From assembly GCA_030538085.1 (NCBI GenBank), contig JAUNUR010000003.1:23281-87280 (forward strand): 64,000 nucleotides of DNA, read 5' to 3'. How positions within the stretch are numbered: the stretch's first letter is position 1; each line of letters opens with the position of its first letter. Both the position numbers and the translations under genes were made by a program. This document shows, in pieces, positions 1 through 8,893 of this stretch. A model generated the notes under the pieces. That model was not told the DNA's origin. It ran no database searches and was given only the letters and a program-made list of their open reading frames with translations. The stretch is from Pseudomonadota bacterium. Lineage in GTDB: Bacteria; Pseudomonadota; Gammaproteobacteria; Burkholderiales; Burkholderiaceae_C.

Positions 1-36
1 CCAATTTCTCCTGGAGCGGCACCGGTTTGCGCCGGA

Positions 37-690
37 TCAAACCGCTTGGGCGATCTGGCGCAGCGCCTGCTCGAACACCTCGGGCGGCTGGCCACCGCTG
101 ATGAGGTGACGGTCGTTGATGACCACCGCTGGGACGGATTGAATACCAGCCTGCCGCCAGAAAGCCTCGGCTTCGCGCACCTCGGCGGCGTACCCGTCGC
201 CGGCCAAAATCTGGCGGGCTTGCTCCACATCCAGCCGCGCCGTGGCAACGGCGGCCAGCAGCACCTCGTCTTGCTCCACCGCCTCGGCGCGGCCGTGGTA
301 GGCCTCCAGCAGCGCGCGCTTCAAGGCCAGTTGCTGGTCACCTCCCTGCAAACCGGCCCAGTGCAGCAGCCGGTGCGCGTTGAAGGTGTTGTAGATGCGC
401 CCGCGCCCCGCCGGGTTGAACGTGAAGCCCACGGCCGCGCCGCGCTCGCGGATGGCGGCGCGGTTCTTCTCGAACTGCTCGGGCGAGCCGCCATATTTGC
501 GCGCCAGGTGTTCGTTGATCTCCTCGCCGCCGGGTGGCATGTCGGGGTTCAGCTCGAAGGGCTGGAAGTGCAGCGTGGCCTGCACCGCGTCGGCGCTCCG
601 TGCCAGCGCATGCTGCAGCGATGCCAGACCCACGGCGCACCAGGGGCAGGCAATGTCGGAGACGAAGTCGATCTTGATGGAGGTAGGCAT
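37..690 (-). CDS. DsbA-family (FrnE-like) thiol oxidoreductase
   Basis: N-terminal DFVSDIACPWC (CxxC), FELNPDMP, GIQSVPAVVIN...ISGGQ; start moved to MPTSIK at 690. Confidence 0.9.
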   Translation of the reverse strand: MPTSIKIDFVSDIACPWCAVGLASLQHALARSADAVQATLHFQPFELNPDMPPGGEEINEHLARKYGGSPEQFEKNRAAIRERGAAVGFTFNPAGRGRIYNTFNAHRLLHWAGLQGGDQQLALKRALLEAYHGRAEAVEQDEVLLAAVATARLDVEQARQILAGDGYAAEVREAEAFWRQAGIQSVPAVVINDRHLISGGQPPEVFEQALRQIAQAV

Positions 691-729
691 GACAGGTGTC
701 CTTTCGTCGGGTATGGGCAGGGTGAACTC

Positions 730-817
730 ATGACAAATGACCGCCGGCATAGACCAATGACCATCTTCCTTCGTCATTGAAGCGCGGCAAAGTCATTTGC
801 CATTTGTCATTTGTCAT
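730..817. repeat. Heptamer tandem/inverted repeat (GTCATTT units)
   Basis: ATGACAAATGAC 730-741 is the reverse complement of GTCATTTGTCAT 806-817; about 3.5 GTCATTT/GCCATTT units in 792-817. Confidence 0.7.
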
Positions 818-1692
818 TCATCCAGGGCACGCAGCAGCGCCGCGTCAAACGCCTCGGCCGCCTCGAACTGTACCCAGTGGCCGGCGCCGTCAATCAGTTG
901 CATGCCGCGAAATTCGGGGGCGGCGGCGGCATAGGCGCCTTCAAGCTGATGGATGTGGGGGTGATAGACCGCGTCGTGCGCACCGTAGATCGCATGCACC
1001 GGGCACCGCACGCCCCGCAGGGCGCGCGCCAGGATGTCGGTGTGCGCCAGACGCCGGCGCAGCAGGCGGTCGCGCTGCACGTTGGCGATGTGCACCTCCA
1101 GCGCCAGGCCGTCGATCAGGCGGTGGTCGTGCAGCATCAGCACGCCCAGGTTATGACGGTGAATGTCGGTCTGCTCACGTGGTGTCTTCAGATGGCGCCA
1201 GCCTTTCAGCGGCAGTTGCCGCCCGGGCACCACGCCCATGGCGGGCGCCCCCACCAGCACCAGGCGCCGCGCCAGATCGGGGTGGGCCGCCAGCAGCAAG
1301 CCCGCCAGCATGCCGCCAAAGGAAAAGCCGACCAGATCAACCGGCTCGCCCGGCAGCAGCGCGCGCAGGCCAGCGGCCAGCGGCGCGACCATGGCATCGG
1401 CAGCACTGCTCCGCGCGGGCGGCGCCGAATCGCCAAAACCCGGCAGATCAACCGCCAGCACGTGGCGACCAGCATCCACCAGCGGTGGGATGTTCTTCAC
1501 CCAGTGCGTCCAGCTACCGCTGCCGCCGTGAAACAGCACCACCGGGGGGGCGCCATCGCCCCGCCCCGCTTCCGGCACCCAGGCATGCCAGACCAGCGAG
1601 CCGCGACCGCACGGCGTGGTCAAGCGCCGTCCACGCGCCAGACGCTCGCGGCTGGCCTGGGACAACAGGGTGGGGATGACGGGCTCGCTCAT
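814..1692 (-). CDS. Alpha/beta fold hydrolase
   Basis: LFHGGSGSW, VDLPGFGDS, nucleophile elbow GFSFGG, GAGHWVQFE; start MSEPV overlaps the hslR stop. Confidence 0.9.
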   Translation of the reverse strand: MSEPVIPTLLSQASRERLARGRRLTTPCGRGSLVWHAWVPEAGRGDGAPPVVLFHGGSGSWTHWVKNIPPLVDAGRHVLAVDLPGFGDSAPPARSSAADAMVAPLAAGLRALLPGEPVDLVGFSFGGMLAGLLLAAHPDLARRLVLVGAPAMGVVPGRQLPLKGWRHLKTPREQTDIHRHNLGVLMLHDHRLIDGLALEVHIANVQRDRLLRRRLAHTDILARALRGVRCPVHAIYGAHDAVYHPHIHQLEGAYAAAAPEFRGMQLIDGAGHWVQFEAAEAFDAALLRALDE

Positions 1693-2117
1693 TCGTCCAG
1701 CATGGCCGACCAGCGCTCGCCCCAGCCGCCGCGGCGCTGCTCGTCCATGGCGCGGCGGTCGCGCTTGGTGGGGCGGCCCTGGGTCAGGGCGTGCGCCGGC
1801 TCGGGCGCCAGCCGGCGCGCGGCGGCGGCCTGCTCGCGCGTGGTGATGCTTTCGGGCGTTTCCGCGTACAACCGCTGCGCCACCGGCGCCGGCCCGCGCG
1901 TGGGGCTGAGACCCTGCACGACCACGGTGCGCACCACATGGCCCTGGCGCAGCGTCACCACATCGCCCACCTTCAGCTCGCGCGCGGGCTTGACATCGCT
2001 GCCCGCCACCTGCACGCGACCGCGCTCGATCTCGTCCACCGCCAGCGCGCGGGTCTTGTAAAAACGCGCGGCCCACAGCCATTTGTCGATGCGTTGTCTT
2101 TCCAGTGGTTCAGCCAT
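1689..2117 (-). CDS. hslR: Ribosome-associated heat shock protein Hsp15 (S4 domain)
   Basis: RIDKWLWAARFYKTR and GRPTKRDRR motifs. Confidence 0.93.
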   Translation of the reverse strand: MAEPLERQRIDKWLWAARFYKTRALAVDEIERGRVQVAGSDVKPARELKVGDVVTLRQGHVVRTVVVQGLSPTRGPAPVAQRLYAETPESITTREQAAAARRLAPEPAHALTQGRPTKRDRRAMDEQRRGGWGERWSAMLDE

Positions 2118-2120
2118 GAT

Positions 2121-2185
2121 CACCTTGACACGGTGTTGACCCGCGGACACCGTGTGGATTGCGGCCTTCGCCGCAATGACGGGAT
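2121..2185 (-). repeat. REP-like element, one-arm copy of the 62322-62422 element
   Basis: Reverse complement matches 62322-62386 with about 2 mismatches. Confidence 0.85.
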
Positions 2186-2285
2186 GAGGTGAAGGCATTG
2201 CATAGGCTTGTCCTGAATGACGAAACTCTCAACAGTGGACAGCCTGTTGGTCGTCTAGGCTGTGCTCCAACGCGAGGGCGCGTCA

Positions 2286-3530
2286 TCAAATCAGCGCTTC
2301 GCGCACATCGGGGTGACCAAGAAAGTCACGCGGGCTGGCGGAGCGGCCATAGGCACCGGATTGGAAGACCACGAACAGATCGCCTGCCGTGGCGCGGTCC
2401 ATCTCGACACCATCAGCCAGCAGATCCAGCGGCGTGCACAGTGGCCCCACCACGTTGACGGTTTCCTGCTCCTTGCGCAGGCATCCCATGGACACGGGGT
2501 AATTTCTGCGAATCACTTGGCCAAAATTGCCTGATGCCGCCAGGTGCTGGTGCATGCCACCGTCCACGATCAGGAACGTTTGTCCGCGCGAAACCTTGCG
2601 CTCAATCACGCGGCTGACATACAGCCCCGCCTCGCCCACCAGGTAACGCCCCAGCTCAATGGCCATTCGTGCGCCAGGCATGTCGCGCGCCAGCTTTTCA
2701 GACAGGGCGTTGAGATGATCGGTGACGGGGACGAGGTCGAGCGCCTTGTCGTTGGGTGCGTAGGGAATGCCAAAGCCGCCGCCCATGTTGAGAATGCGGG
2801 GTGTTCGCGGCAGAAGATCCGCCCAGCTCATCACCAGGCCGTAGCTCAGGGATTGCGCCTCGATCAGCGGTTGGGCCTTCAGGTTTTGCGAACCCGCGAA
2901 CAGATGAAAGCCCTCGAACCGCAACTCCATCGCGGCCAACTCCTTGAGCACGGCGGGGACCTGCTCCGCATCGATGCCAAACTGGCGTGGCCCACCGCTC
3001 ATCTTCATTGAAGATGATTTGGCCTCGAAGGGCAGGTTGACGCGCAGCGCCACCCGTGCCGCATAGCCGGTGGCCTCGCTCATGGTGGCCAGGGCCTGAA
3101 GCTCGCGCAAGGATTCCACGTTGAACAAAATCCCAGCGGCCAGCCCGCGCATGAGCTCCGCCTCTTGCTTGCCCGGCCCCGCAAAGCTGATATCGGCCAC
3201 GGCCATTCCAGCATCAAGCGCCACACCAAGCTCCTGACCCGAGGCCACGTCAAAGCCATCCACCAGACGCGACAGGTGGCATACCAAGGCGGGCATGGGG
3301 TTGGCCTTGATGGCGTAATGCAGATCAATGCGGTTGCCCAGCAAGGCGCGCAAATACGCCACACGGCGCTCGATGGCTGCGCGGTCGTACAAATAGCAAG
3401 GCGTCCCGCCGGCACGGCCCACTGCCTGCGACAAGGGCATGGAGCCGACCATCAGTTCACCATTTTCGTTGCGTGGCCAGGCGCGCGCCACCTCTGCTGC
3501 GTCGTATTGCGGACTGTTCGTGGTCATCAT
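2286..3530 (-). CDS. PLP-dependent decarboxylase, LysA/BtrK type (resembles the exosortase-A-associated family)
   Basis: HYAIKANP (PLP lysine), FAGPGK, GFHLFAGSQ, NMGGGFG, IELGRYLV, VGPLCTPLD, GAYG. Confidence 0.88.
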   Translation of the reverse strand: MMTTNSPQYDAAEVARAWPRNENGELMVGSMPLSQAVGRAGGTPCYLYDRAAIERRVAYLRALLGNRIDLHYAIKANPMPALVCHLSRLVDGFDVASGQELGVALDAGMAVADISFAGPGKQEAELMRGLAAGILFNVESLRELQALATMSEATGYAARVALRVNLPFEAKSSSMKMSGGPRQFGIDAEQVPAVLKELAAMELRFEGFHLFAGSQNLKAQPLIEAQSLSYGLVMSWADLLPRTPRILNMGGGFGIPYAPNDKALDLVPVTDHLNALSEKLARDMPGARMAIELGRYLVGEAGLYVSRVIERKVSRGQTFLIVDGGMHQHLAASGNFGQVIRRNYPVSMGCLRKEQETVNVVGPLCTPLDLLADGVEMDRATAGDLFVVFQSGAYGRSASPRDFLGHPDVREALI

Positions 3531-5146
3531 GCTTGGGCTTGCTGATTGGAGGGTTGGAAGAGGCCGGCAAAGTGTTGCGACAGGGCTTTGCGGTCAATCT
3601 TGCCGTTGGCATTGCGCGGCAAACTGTCCGCGGCGATATGGACATGACTGGGCACCATATAGGCGGGCAGTTGTTTGCGGCACAACTGCTGCACATGCTC
3701 AGGCTCCAGCACTTCCCCCTTGCGCGGCAAGACCACGGTGACGATGGCTTGGCCCAAACGGGGGTGGGTGACGCCAAACGCGGCCACTTCCGCAATGCGG
3801 GCGTCGCTGTAAATGACTTCTTCAAGCTCGACCGGGCTGATGCGATAGCCCGAGGTTTTGATCATTTCGTCCTGTCTGCCAATGAAATACAGATAACCGT
3901 GCGCGTCACGGCGCACCGTATCGCCTGAAAACACGGCCAGCTCGGGGCAGGTCAAGCCACTGCCGGGCCGCGGCAGGGGTTTGAAGCGTTCGGCCGTTTT
4001 TTCAGGATCATTCCAGTAACCCAGCGCCACGGTAGAGCCGCGATGAACCAGCTCACCGGGCTCATCCGCGTCACACTCGGTGCCGTCGGGGCGCAGCACC
4101 AGCACTTCTTGATTCGGGATGGCCCGGCCAATGGAGTCGGGGCGCGCATCGACTTCTTGCGGCGGCAGGTAGGTGGAGCGGAACGCTTCGGTCAGGCCGT
4201 ACATCAGATAAGGGCTGGCCTGCGGCAGTAAAGCGCGCAGGCGGCTCAAGACGTCGCGCGGCATCTTGCCGCCGGTATTGGCGAAGTAGCGCAGATGCTG
4301 GCCCGCGCCGTCAGGCCATTTGAGTTCGGCCAGCTGTATCCACAGCGGTGGCACCGCGGTGAGCCCCGTGATGCGTTCACGCTGCAAAACTTGCAGCACT
4401 TCGCTGGGCAGGGTGTAGTCCAGCAGGACGGCGCAAGCTCCCACGGTAAGGGCGGTGGTCACTTGCGACAAGCCCGCATCAAATGACAAGGGCAGCACCG
4501 CCAGCAGGCGATCTTGCGGGCCGTTGTTCAAATAACTGGCCACGCTGGCCGCGCCGCTGACCATGTTGCGGTGCGACACCACCACGCCTTTGGGTTTGCC
4601 GGTGCTGCCGGAGGTGTAGAGGATGGCGGCCATGTCGGCATCAATCACGCCATGAACCGCGTGCGGGTGGCTGGGCGTTTGCAGCCATTGCGGCCACGGC
4701 AGCAAGTGGCAGCGTTGGGCCTTTACCTCGCCCGCACCCACCAGCACGACATGTTGCAAGGACGGGCATTGTTCCGCCGCCGCGGCCAGCAAACGCCAGC
4801 GATCAGGCGAAGTCACCAAAACCCGCACGCCGCCATCACTGAGGATATGCGCCACCTGGTCGGGTTTGAGCAATGGGTTCACGGGCACGAAAACGCCACC
4901 GGCTTCGGCCGTGCCCAGCATGGCCGCCACCGCTTCAAAGCGTTTGGACAAAAAAATGGCCACCCGCTCCCCACGCTGCAAACCATGAGCCAGCAGTCCT
5001 TGAGCAAAAGCCGATTGCATTGCAACCAGCTCTGCGTAACCGAGGTCTTGGCCGGCATGGCGCAGGGCTATCGCATCAGGGGTTTGCCGTGCGACTGCCT
5101 GGGTCAGGTGCTGCAGGAGTGAAGGCGCTTTCATTGGCGCTTGCAT
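3527..5146 (-). CDS. AMP-forming acyl/aminoacyl ligase (resembles the exosortase-A-associated acyl-CoA ligase family)
   Basis: YTSGSTGKPKG, MYGLTEAFRSTYL, FSGD, GYRISP, PRNANGKIDR; ATGA overlap with the decarboxylase. Confidence 0.9.
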   Translation of the reverse strand: MQAPMKAPSLLQHLTQAVARQTPDAIALRHAGQDLGYAELVAMQSAFAQGLLAHGLQRGERVAIFLSKRFEAVAAMLGTAEAGGVFVPVNPLLKPDQVAHILSDGGVRVLVTSPDRWRLLAAAAEQCPSLQHVVLVGAGEVKAQRCHLLPWPQWLQTPSHPHAVHGVIDADMAAILYTSGSTGKPKGVVVSHRNMVSGAASVASYLNNGPQDRLLAVLPLSFDAGLSQVTTALTVGACAVLLDYTLPSEVLQVLQRERITGLTAVPPLWIQLAELKWPDGAGQHLRYFANTGGKMPRDVLSRLRALLPQASPYLMYGLTEAFRSTYLPPQEVDARPDSIGRAIPNQEVLVLRPDGTECDADEPGELVHRGSTVALGYWNDPEKTAERFKPLPRPGSGLTCPELAVFSGDTVRRDAHGYLYFIGRQDEMIKTSGYRISPVELEEVIYSDARIAEVAAFGVTHPRLGQAIVTVVLPRKGEVLEPEHVQQLCRKQLPAYMVPSHVHIAADSLPRNANGKIDRKALSQHFAGLFQPSNQQAQA

Positions 5147-5171
5147 GGAAATTTCCTTGAATGCGGATAAA

Positions 5172-6251
5172 TCAAGTGGCCGTCTCGAAAGCCGTGTTGC
5201 TCAAGGCTGTCAACCCTGTCAGCACGGTGCGGGTTTGCTCAAAAAGGCGCTTGAAGGGCAGTCCCTCGACATAGCCATGGGCGCCCGCGGTTTGCACGGC
5301 ATCCCGGGTGACGCGGCCAGCCAGTTCAGACACATAACTGGACGAGAGCGCCACGCCTGCCACATTGCCGCCAAAACAAGCTTGCGCATACAGCCACAAG
5401 GCTTGCTGGTTCATGGCGATATCGGCCAGGCGCAAGGCCACTGCCTGGTGGTGAAGCAAGGGCTTGCCCGCCGACTGGCGTGTGCGGGCGTAAGCATAGG
5501 CGGCCAAGCTGGCGCGCTGCGTCATGCCAGCCAACAAGCCCATCAACAGGGCTTGATACTGTCTCAGCACCGCGGCAACGGCAGCGCGCGCGTTTGCATC
5601 GTCAGACGCGGGGGCTGGGTGCAAGGCCGGCGCCTCGGGCTTGGCGCACAGCCACATGGCCATGCCACTGGGCAGGCCCATGAGGGGCGACTCGATTTCC
5701 ACGCTGAAATGGGTCTGCAAATCAGCCAGACTGCAAGGGCCCGATACAGATGCGTTCTGGCTGGCCTCGTCCACCTGCAAAAAGTAGATGAACCGCGCCG
5801 CCTCGGCGCTGGCCGATTGCCAATACACCCAGCGCTGAAGGCCGTTTTCAGTGCGCAGGGGCCAGGCGATTCGCACGCTGGCCGGGCCGGGCGTGGATGC
5901 GCCCGTGTCTTGAGGCTGCGCTGATCCCAGCGCTTGCAACAGCGCTTGCTCCAAGGCGCTCAGCAAGCCCTGCCAAGCCACTTCAGGACGCGCCGCGCCC
6001 AAGGTATAGGCCAGGTGCAGCATGACCGTGGGGCGCTCCGGAGCCTCCATGCCCTCCAGCAAGGCATCCACGTTCAATGCCGCAATGGCCTGCAAGCCTT
6101 GGTCCAGGCTGCTTGCACTGTCGCGCTGCGAGACTTTTTCCAGGTCGATGTCCCTGGCAACGGCCTGCGCGGCATCAATGAATGCCTGCAGGTCTGGCGA
6201 CACGGCGAAGGATATGGGCGAGGTCGGTTCGGTTGTGGTCATGGCGATCAA
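5172..6251 (-). CDS. Degenerate acyl-CoA dehydrogenase-like protein (probable non-catalytic partner)
   Basis: C-terminal YARTRQSAGKPLLHHQAVALRLADIA and DAVQTAGAHGY; no xEGT catalytic motif; divergent N-terminus. Confidence 0.7.
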   Translation of the reverse strand: MIAMTTTEPTSPISFAVSPDLQAFIDAAQAVARDIDLEKVSQRDSASSLDQGLQAIAALNVDALLEGMEAPERPTVMLHLAYTLGAARPEVAWQGLLSALEQALLQALGSAQPQDTGASTPGPASVRIAWPLRTENGLQRWVYWQSASAEAARFIYFLQVDEASQNASVSGPCSLADLQTHFSVEIESPLMGLPSGMAMWLCAKPEAPALHPAPASDDANARAAVAAVLRQYQALLMGLLAGMTQRASLAAYAYARTRQSAGKPLLHHQAVALRLADIAMNQQALWLYAQACFGGNVAGVALSSSYVSELAGRVTRDAVQTAGAHGYVEGLPFKRLFEQTRTVLTGLTALSNTAFETAT

Positions 6252-7438
6252 TACGCAGTAGGGTCAAAGGCGCGCGCGATCATTTGCCGCTGCATGTCGC
6301 CGGTGCCTTCCAGAATGTCGAAGGCCTTGGCATCGCGATAGAACTTGTCGAAGCGCTGGCGCACGGCAGGCGCGGCCAGGGCGAAGCGCTGGCTCAGATA
6401 CTGCGCCAGCTCCATCGACAGCGTGGATGTGAATGCCTTGGCCATCGAAGCATCCAGGGAAACGCGCAACTCCTGGTCATAACGCCAAGCAGCGCGCAGG
6501 GTCAGCAGGCGGGCCGATTCCAGACGCGCCTGGTAAGTGTCCAGATCGGCCTGCACGGCTTGCCGGGCCTGGGCGCTCAGGCCGCCATCGTCGTGCGCGG
6601 CAATTTGCCTGGCCAGGGCCAGCGCGCCAGCGCAGGCTCCGTTGATCAGGCTCGACAGGGCCGGGCGCATATAGTCCCAGGCGTATTGCGCGCCGGTGAA
6701 GGCGTCGATCAAAGGGCCCCGCTTGCCGTTGTGACCCAGCATGGCGCCAGCAGGCACGCGGCAATCCTGAAAGGACAACGAGGTGAGTTGACTGGCGCGC
6801 AGGCCCATCATGTCTTCGCAGCGGTCGGCGGAGAAGCCCTTGGCGTTTTTGTCGACGACAAAGGCGCGAATGCCGAAGCGGCCTTTGCTGGCATCCAGCG
6901 TGGCGAACACCACGATCACGTCGGCACGCATGCCGTTGGTGATGAAGCACTTCTCGCCATTGAGCACATAGTCATCACCATCGCGGCGCGCGTGCAATCG
7001 AAGAGCTGTCGCGTCCGAGCCAATCCCCGGCTCGGTGATGGCAAAAACGCCCCACACCGGGCGGTGCTCATCATGAAAGCGTTCGAAATACACGCGCTGC
7101 TGCTCCGGCGTGCCCAGTGCGAACACCGGCGGCATGGACAGCCCCGGCCCCGGCAAGGCGATGGCCAGCCCCGGGCAAACACGCCCCAGTTGCTCGAACA
7201 ATATGCAGCGGTGTACGGCCGAGCCCGTCGAGGACACGCCACCATGGGCTTGCGGCATGTTGAAGCGGTTGAGCGGCCCCACGGGCACGCGCGACCACAG
7301 CGAGGCGGGTATGTCGGCCTCTTGATCAGCCTGCATGACCAAGCCGCCAAGCTCATGCAGCAAGGTCTGCATGAGTTGCCAGCTCTCGCGGTCTTCGCGC
7401 CGCACTTGCGCGTCCACGGCCTTGATGTCGACATTCAC
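6248..7438 (-). CDS. Acyl-CoA/acyl-ACP dehydrogenase
   Basis: FAITEPGIGSD, LNGEKCFITNG, MMGLRAS, DILEGTGDMQR (catalytic Glu); GTG start spaced after AGGAG. Confidence 0.92.
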   Translation of the reverse strand: MNVDIKAVDAQVRREDRESWQLMQTLLHELGGLVMQADQEADIPASLWSRVPVGPLNRFNMPQAHGGVSSTGSAVHRCILFEQLGRVCPGLAIALPGPGLSMPPVFALGTPEQQRVYFERFHDEHRPVWGVFAITEPGIGSDATALRLHARRDGDDYVLNGEKCFITNGMRADVIVVFATLDASKGRFGIRAFVVDKNAKGFSADRCEDMMGLRASQLTSLSFQDCRVPAGAMLGHNGKRGPLIDAFTGAQYAWDYMRPALSSLINGACAGALALARQIAAHDDGGLSAQARQAVQADLDTYQARLESARLLTLRAAWRYDQELRVSLDASMAKAFTSTLSMELAQYLSQRFALAAPAVRQRFDKFYRDAKAFDILEGTGDMQRQMIARAFDPTAY

Positions 7439-7472
7439 AGTCAATACTCCTTCTCTGCCAGATGTGCCGTGA

Positions 7473-8882
7473 TCAGTCTTGAAGAATCGGGTGTCGGGTG
7501 GCGTCCAACTGGCGGGCGCATCGCCAGCTCAATGCCACGGCGGTGACGCCAAAGCCCAAAGCCAGGCCCTGCCACAAGCCCAGCAAGGCGCCGCCCAGCA
7601 CCACGCCCAAAATCCATTGCCCACCGTTGCCCACCACGCCGTAGCCCACCAGCGCCTGAAAGAATGGCGCTCGCGTTTGGCCCAGGCCGCGCAAGATGGC
7701 GGCGGCCACCAGGATCACCCCTTGCAGCCCCAGCACCAGGCCGGCCCAAGGCATGATCTGGCGCAGCGCGGCCGCCTCGTTCGCCTGGTAAGCCAAGGGC
7801 CCCAGAATGACCGCGCCCATGGGCACGGCGGCGATCGTGAAGACCACCACGGCGATGGCGGTGAACACCAGCGTCAGCGCCATGGCCACCCCCGCGTTAT
7901 GGTTGCGCGCGCGCGGATCGCCTTCCGCATGGGCCACGGCCACATACTGGACCACGGCTTGCGAAATGCCCAAAGGGACTACCAAGGCGAAGGTCACCCA
8001 CAGCGCGGCGACGGAATGCACCGGCACGGCATGAGGCCAATATCGCCCCGCGACCATGGCGGCGAACGCCAGCATCAGGCTATCGAGCAACACCACGGCA
8101 CCGATGGGCCAGCCCACGGCAAAGACCTCGGCAAAGGCGGCGCGAATCCGCGCTCCTTGCACTTGCCAGTCGAAACGCAAGGGCTTGAGCACCAGCAAAA
8201 TGCCCATGGCCGCTGCCGCCATGATCCAGTTCGACACGCTGACCGCGCCGATGGCCATCTCACTGGCATATGCGGGGTCGCCACCCCACCGCCGCATGCT
8301 CAGCGCGGCCAAAACGGCACCACACACCGACCCCAGGATGTAAACACCGGTGGCCTGTCCGGGGCGATCTCGCAAGGACACATGAATGCGAAACACCACC
8401 ACCCACAGCGCGGGCAGCAGCCCCACCGCGTTGGCGATGCCAAAGCCATAAGCGGCCCGCGCCAGCTCGGTGTCAACGCCCAGCAGCAGCAAGGCCTGAC
8501 TGCTCAGCACGCTCAGGCCGCTGCACACCAGCCCCACCACGGTGGAAAAGAAAAAACCCGCCACCATCGCCACACGGTAATCGTCGTCGCGACCACGCCC
8601 CAGCGCTCGGCCTCCCAAAAAATACAAGGCCTGCAGCATGCTGGCCGCGGCAATGAAGATGGGCATGTTGAAACTGGCCATCAAGGCGTAGGCCGCGTAG
8701 CTGTGCGAACTTTTTTGGGCAATGAGGCCAGCCACCACCACGCTCATCAGCAAGGGGGCGCTTTGCGCCAAGGTCATCTTGGTGGACAGGCTCAGCATGG
8801 GCATCAGCACCGGCTTGACTGAAGGACGGTCGCTGACCGCGGTGGCCTGTGCCGTTGCGGAGGCGGAATCGTGTTGTCTCAT
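7473..8882 (-). CDS. MATE-family efflux transporter
   Basis: About 12 hydrophobic segments; VGWPIGA, ILRGLGQTRAP motifs. Confidence 0.82.
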   Translation of the reverse strand: MRQHDSASATAQATAVSDRPSVKPVLMPMLSLSTKMTLAQSAPLLMSVVVAGLIAQKSSHSYAAYALMASFNMPIFIAAASMLQALYFLGGRALGRGRDDDYRVAMVAGFFFSTVVGLVCSGLSVLSSQALLLLGVDTELARAAYGFGIANAVGLLPALWVVVFRIHVSLRDRPGQATGVYILGSVCGAVLAALSMRRWGGDPAYASEMAIGAVSVSNWIMAAAAMGILLVLKPLRFDWQVQGARIRAAFAEVFAVGWPIGAVVLLDSLMLAFAAMVAGRYWPHAVPVHSVAALWVTFALVVPLGISQAVVQYVAVAHAEGDPRARNHNAGVAMALTLVFTAIAVVVFTIAAVPMGAVILGPLAYQANEAAALRQIMPWAGLVLGLQGVILVAAAILRGLGQTRAPFFQALVGYGVVGNGGQWILGVVLGGALLGLWQGLALGFGVTAVALSWRCARQLDATRHPILQD

Positions 8883-8893
8883 GCGGGCGCTCC

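Noticed and set aside
2286-3530. Housekeeping lysA
   Set aside because: Coupled to an AMP-ligase inside the BGC, with motifs closer to the BtrK/exosortase-associated type; symbol withheld
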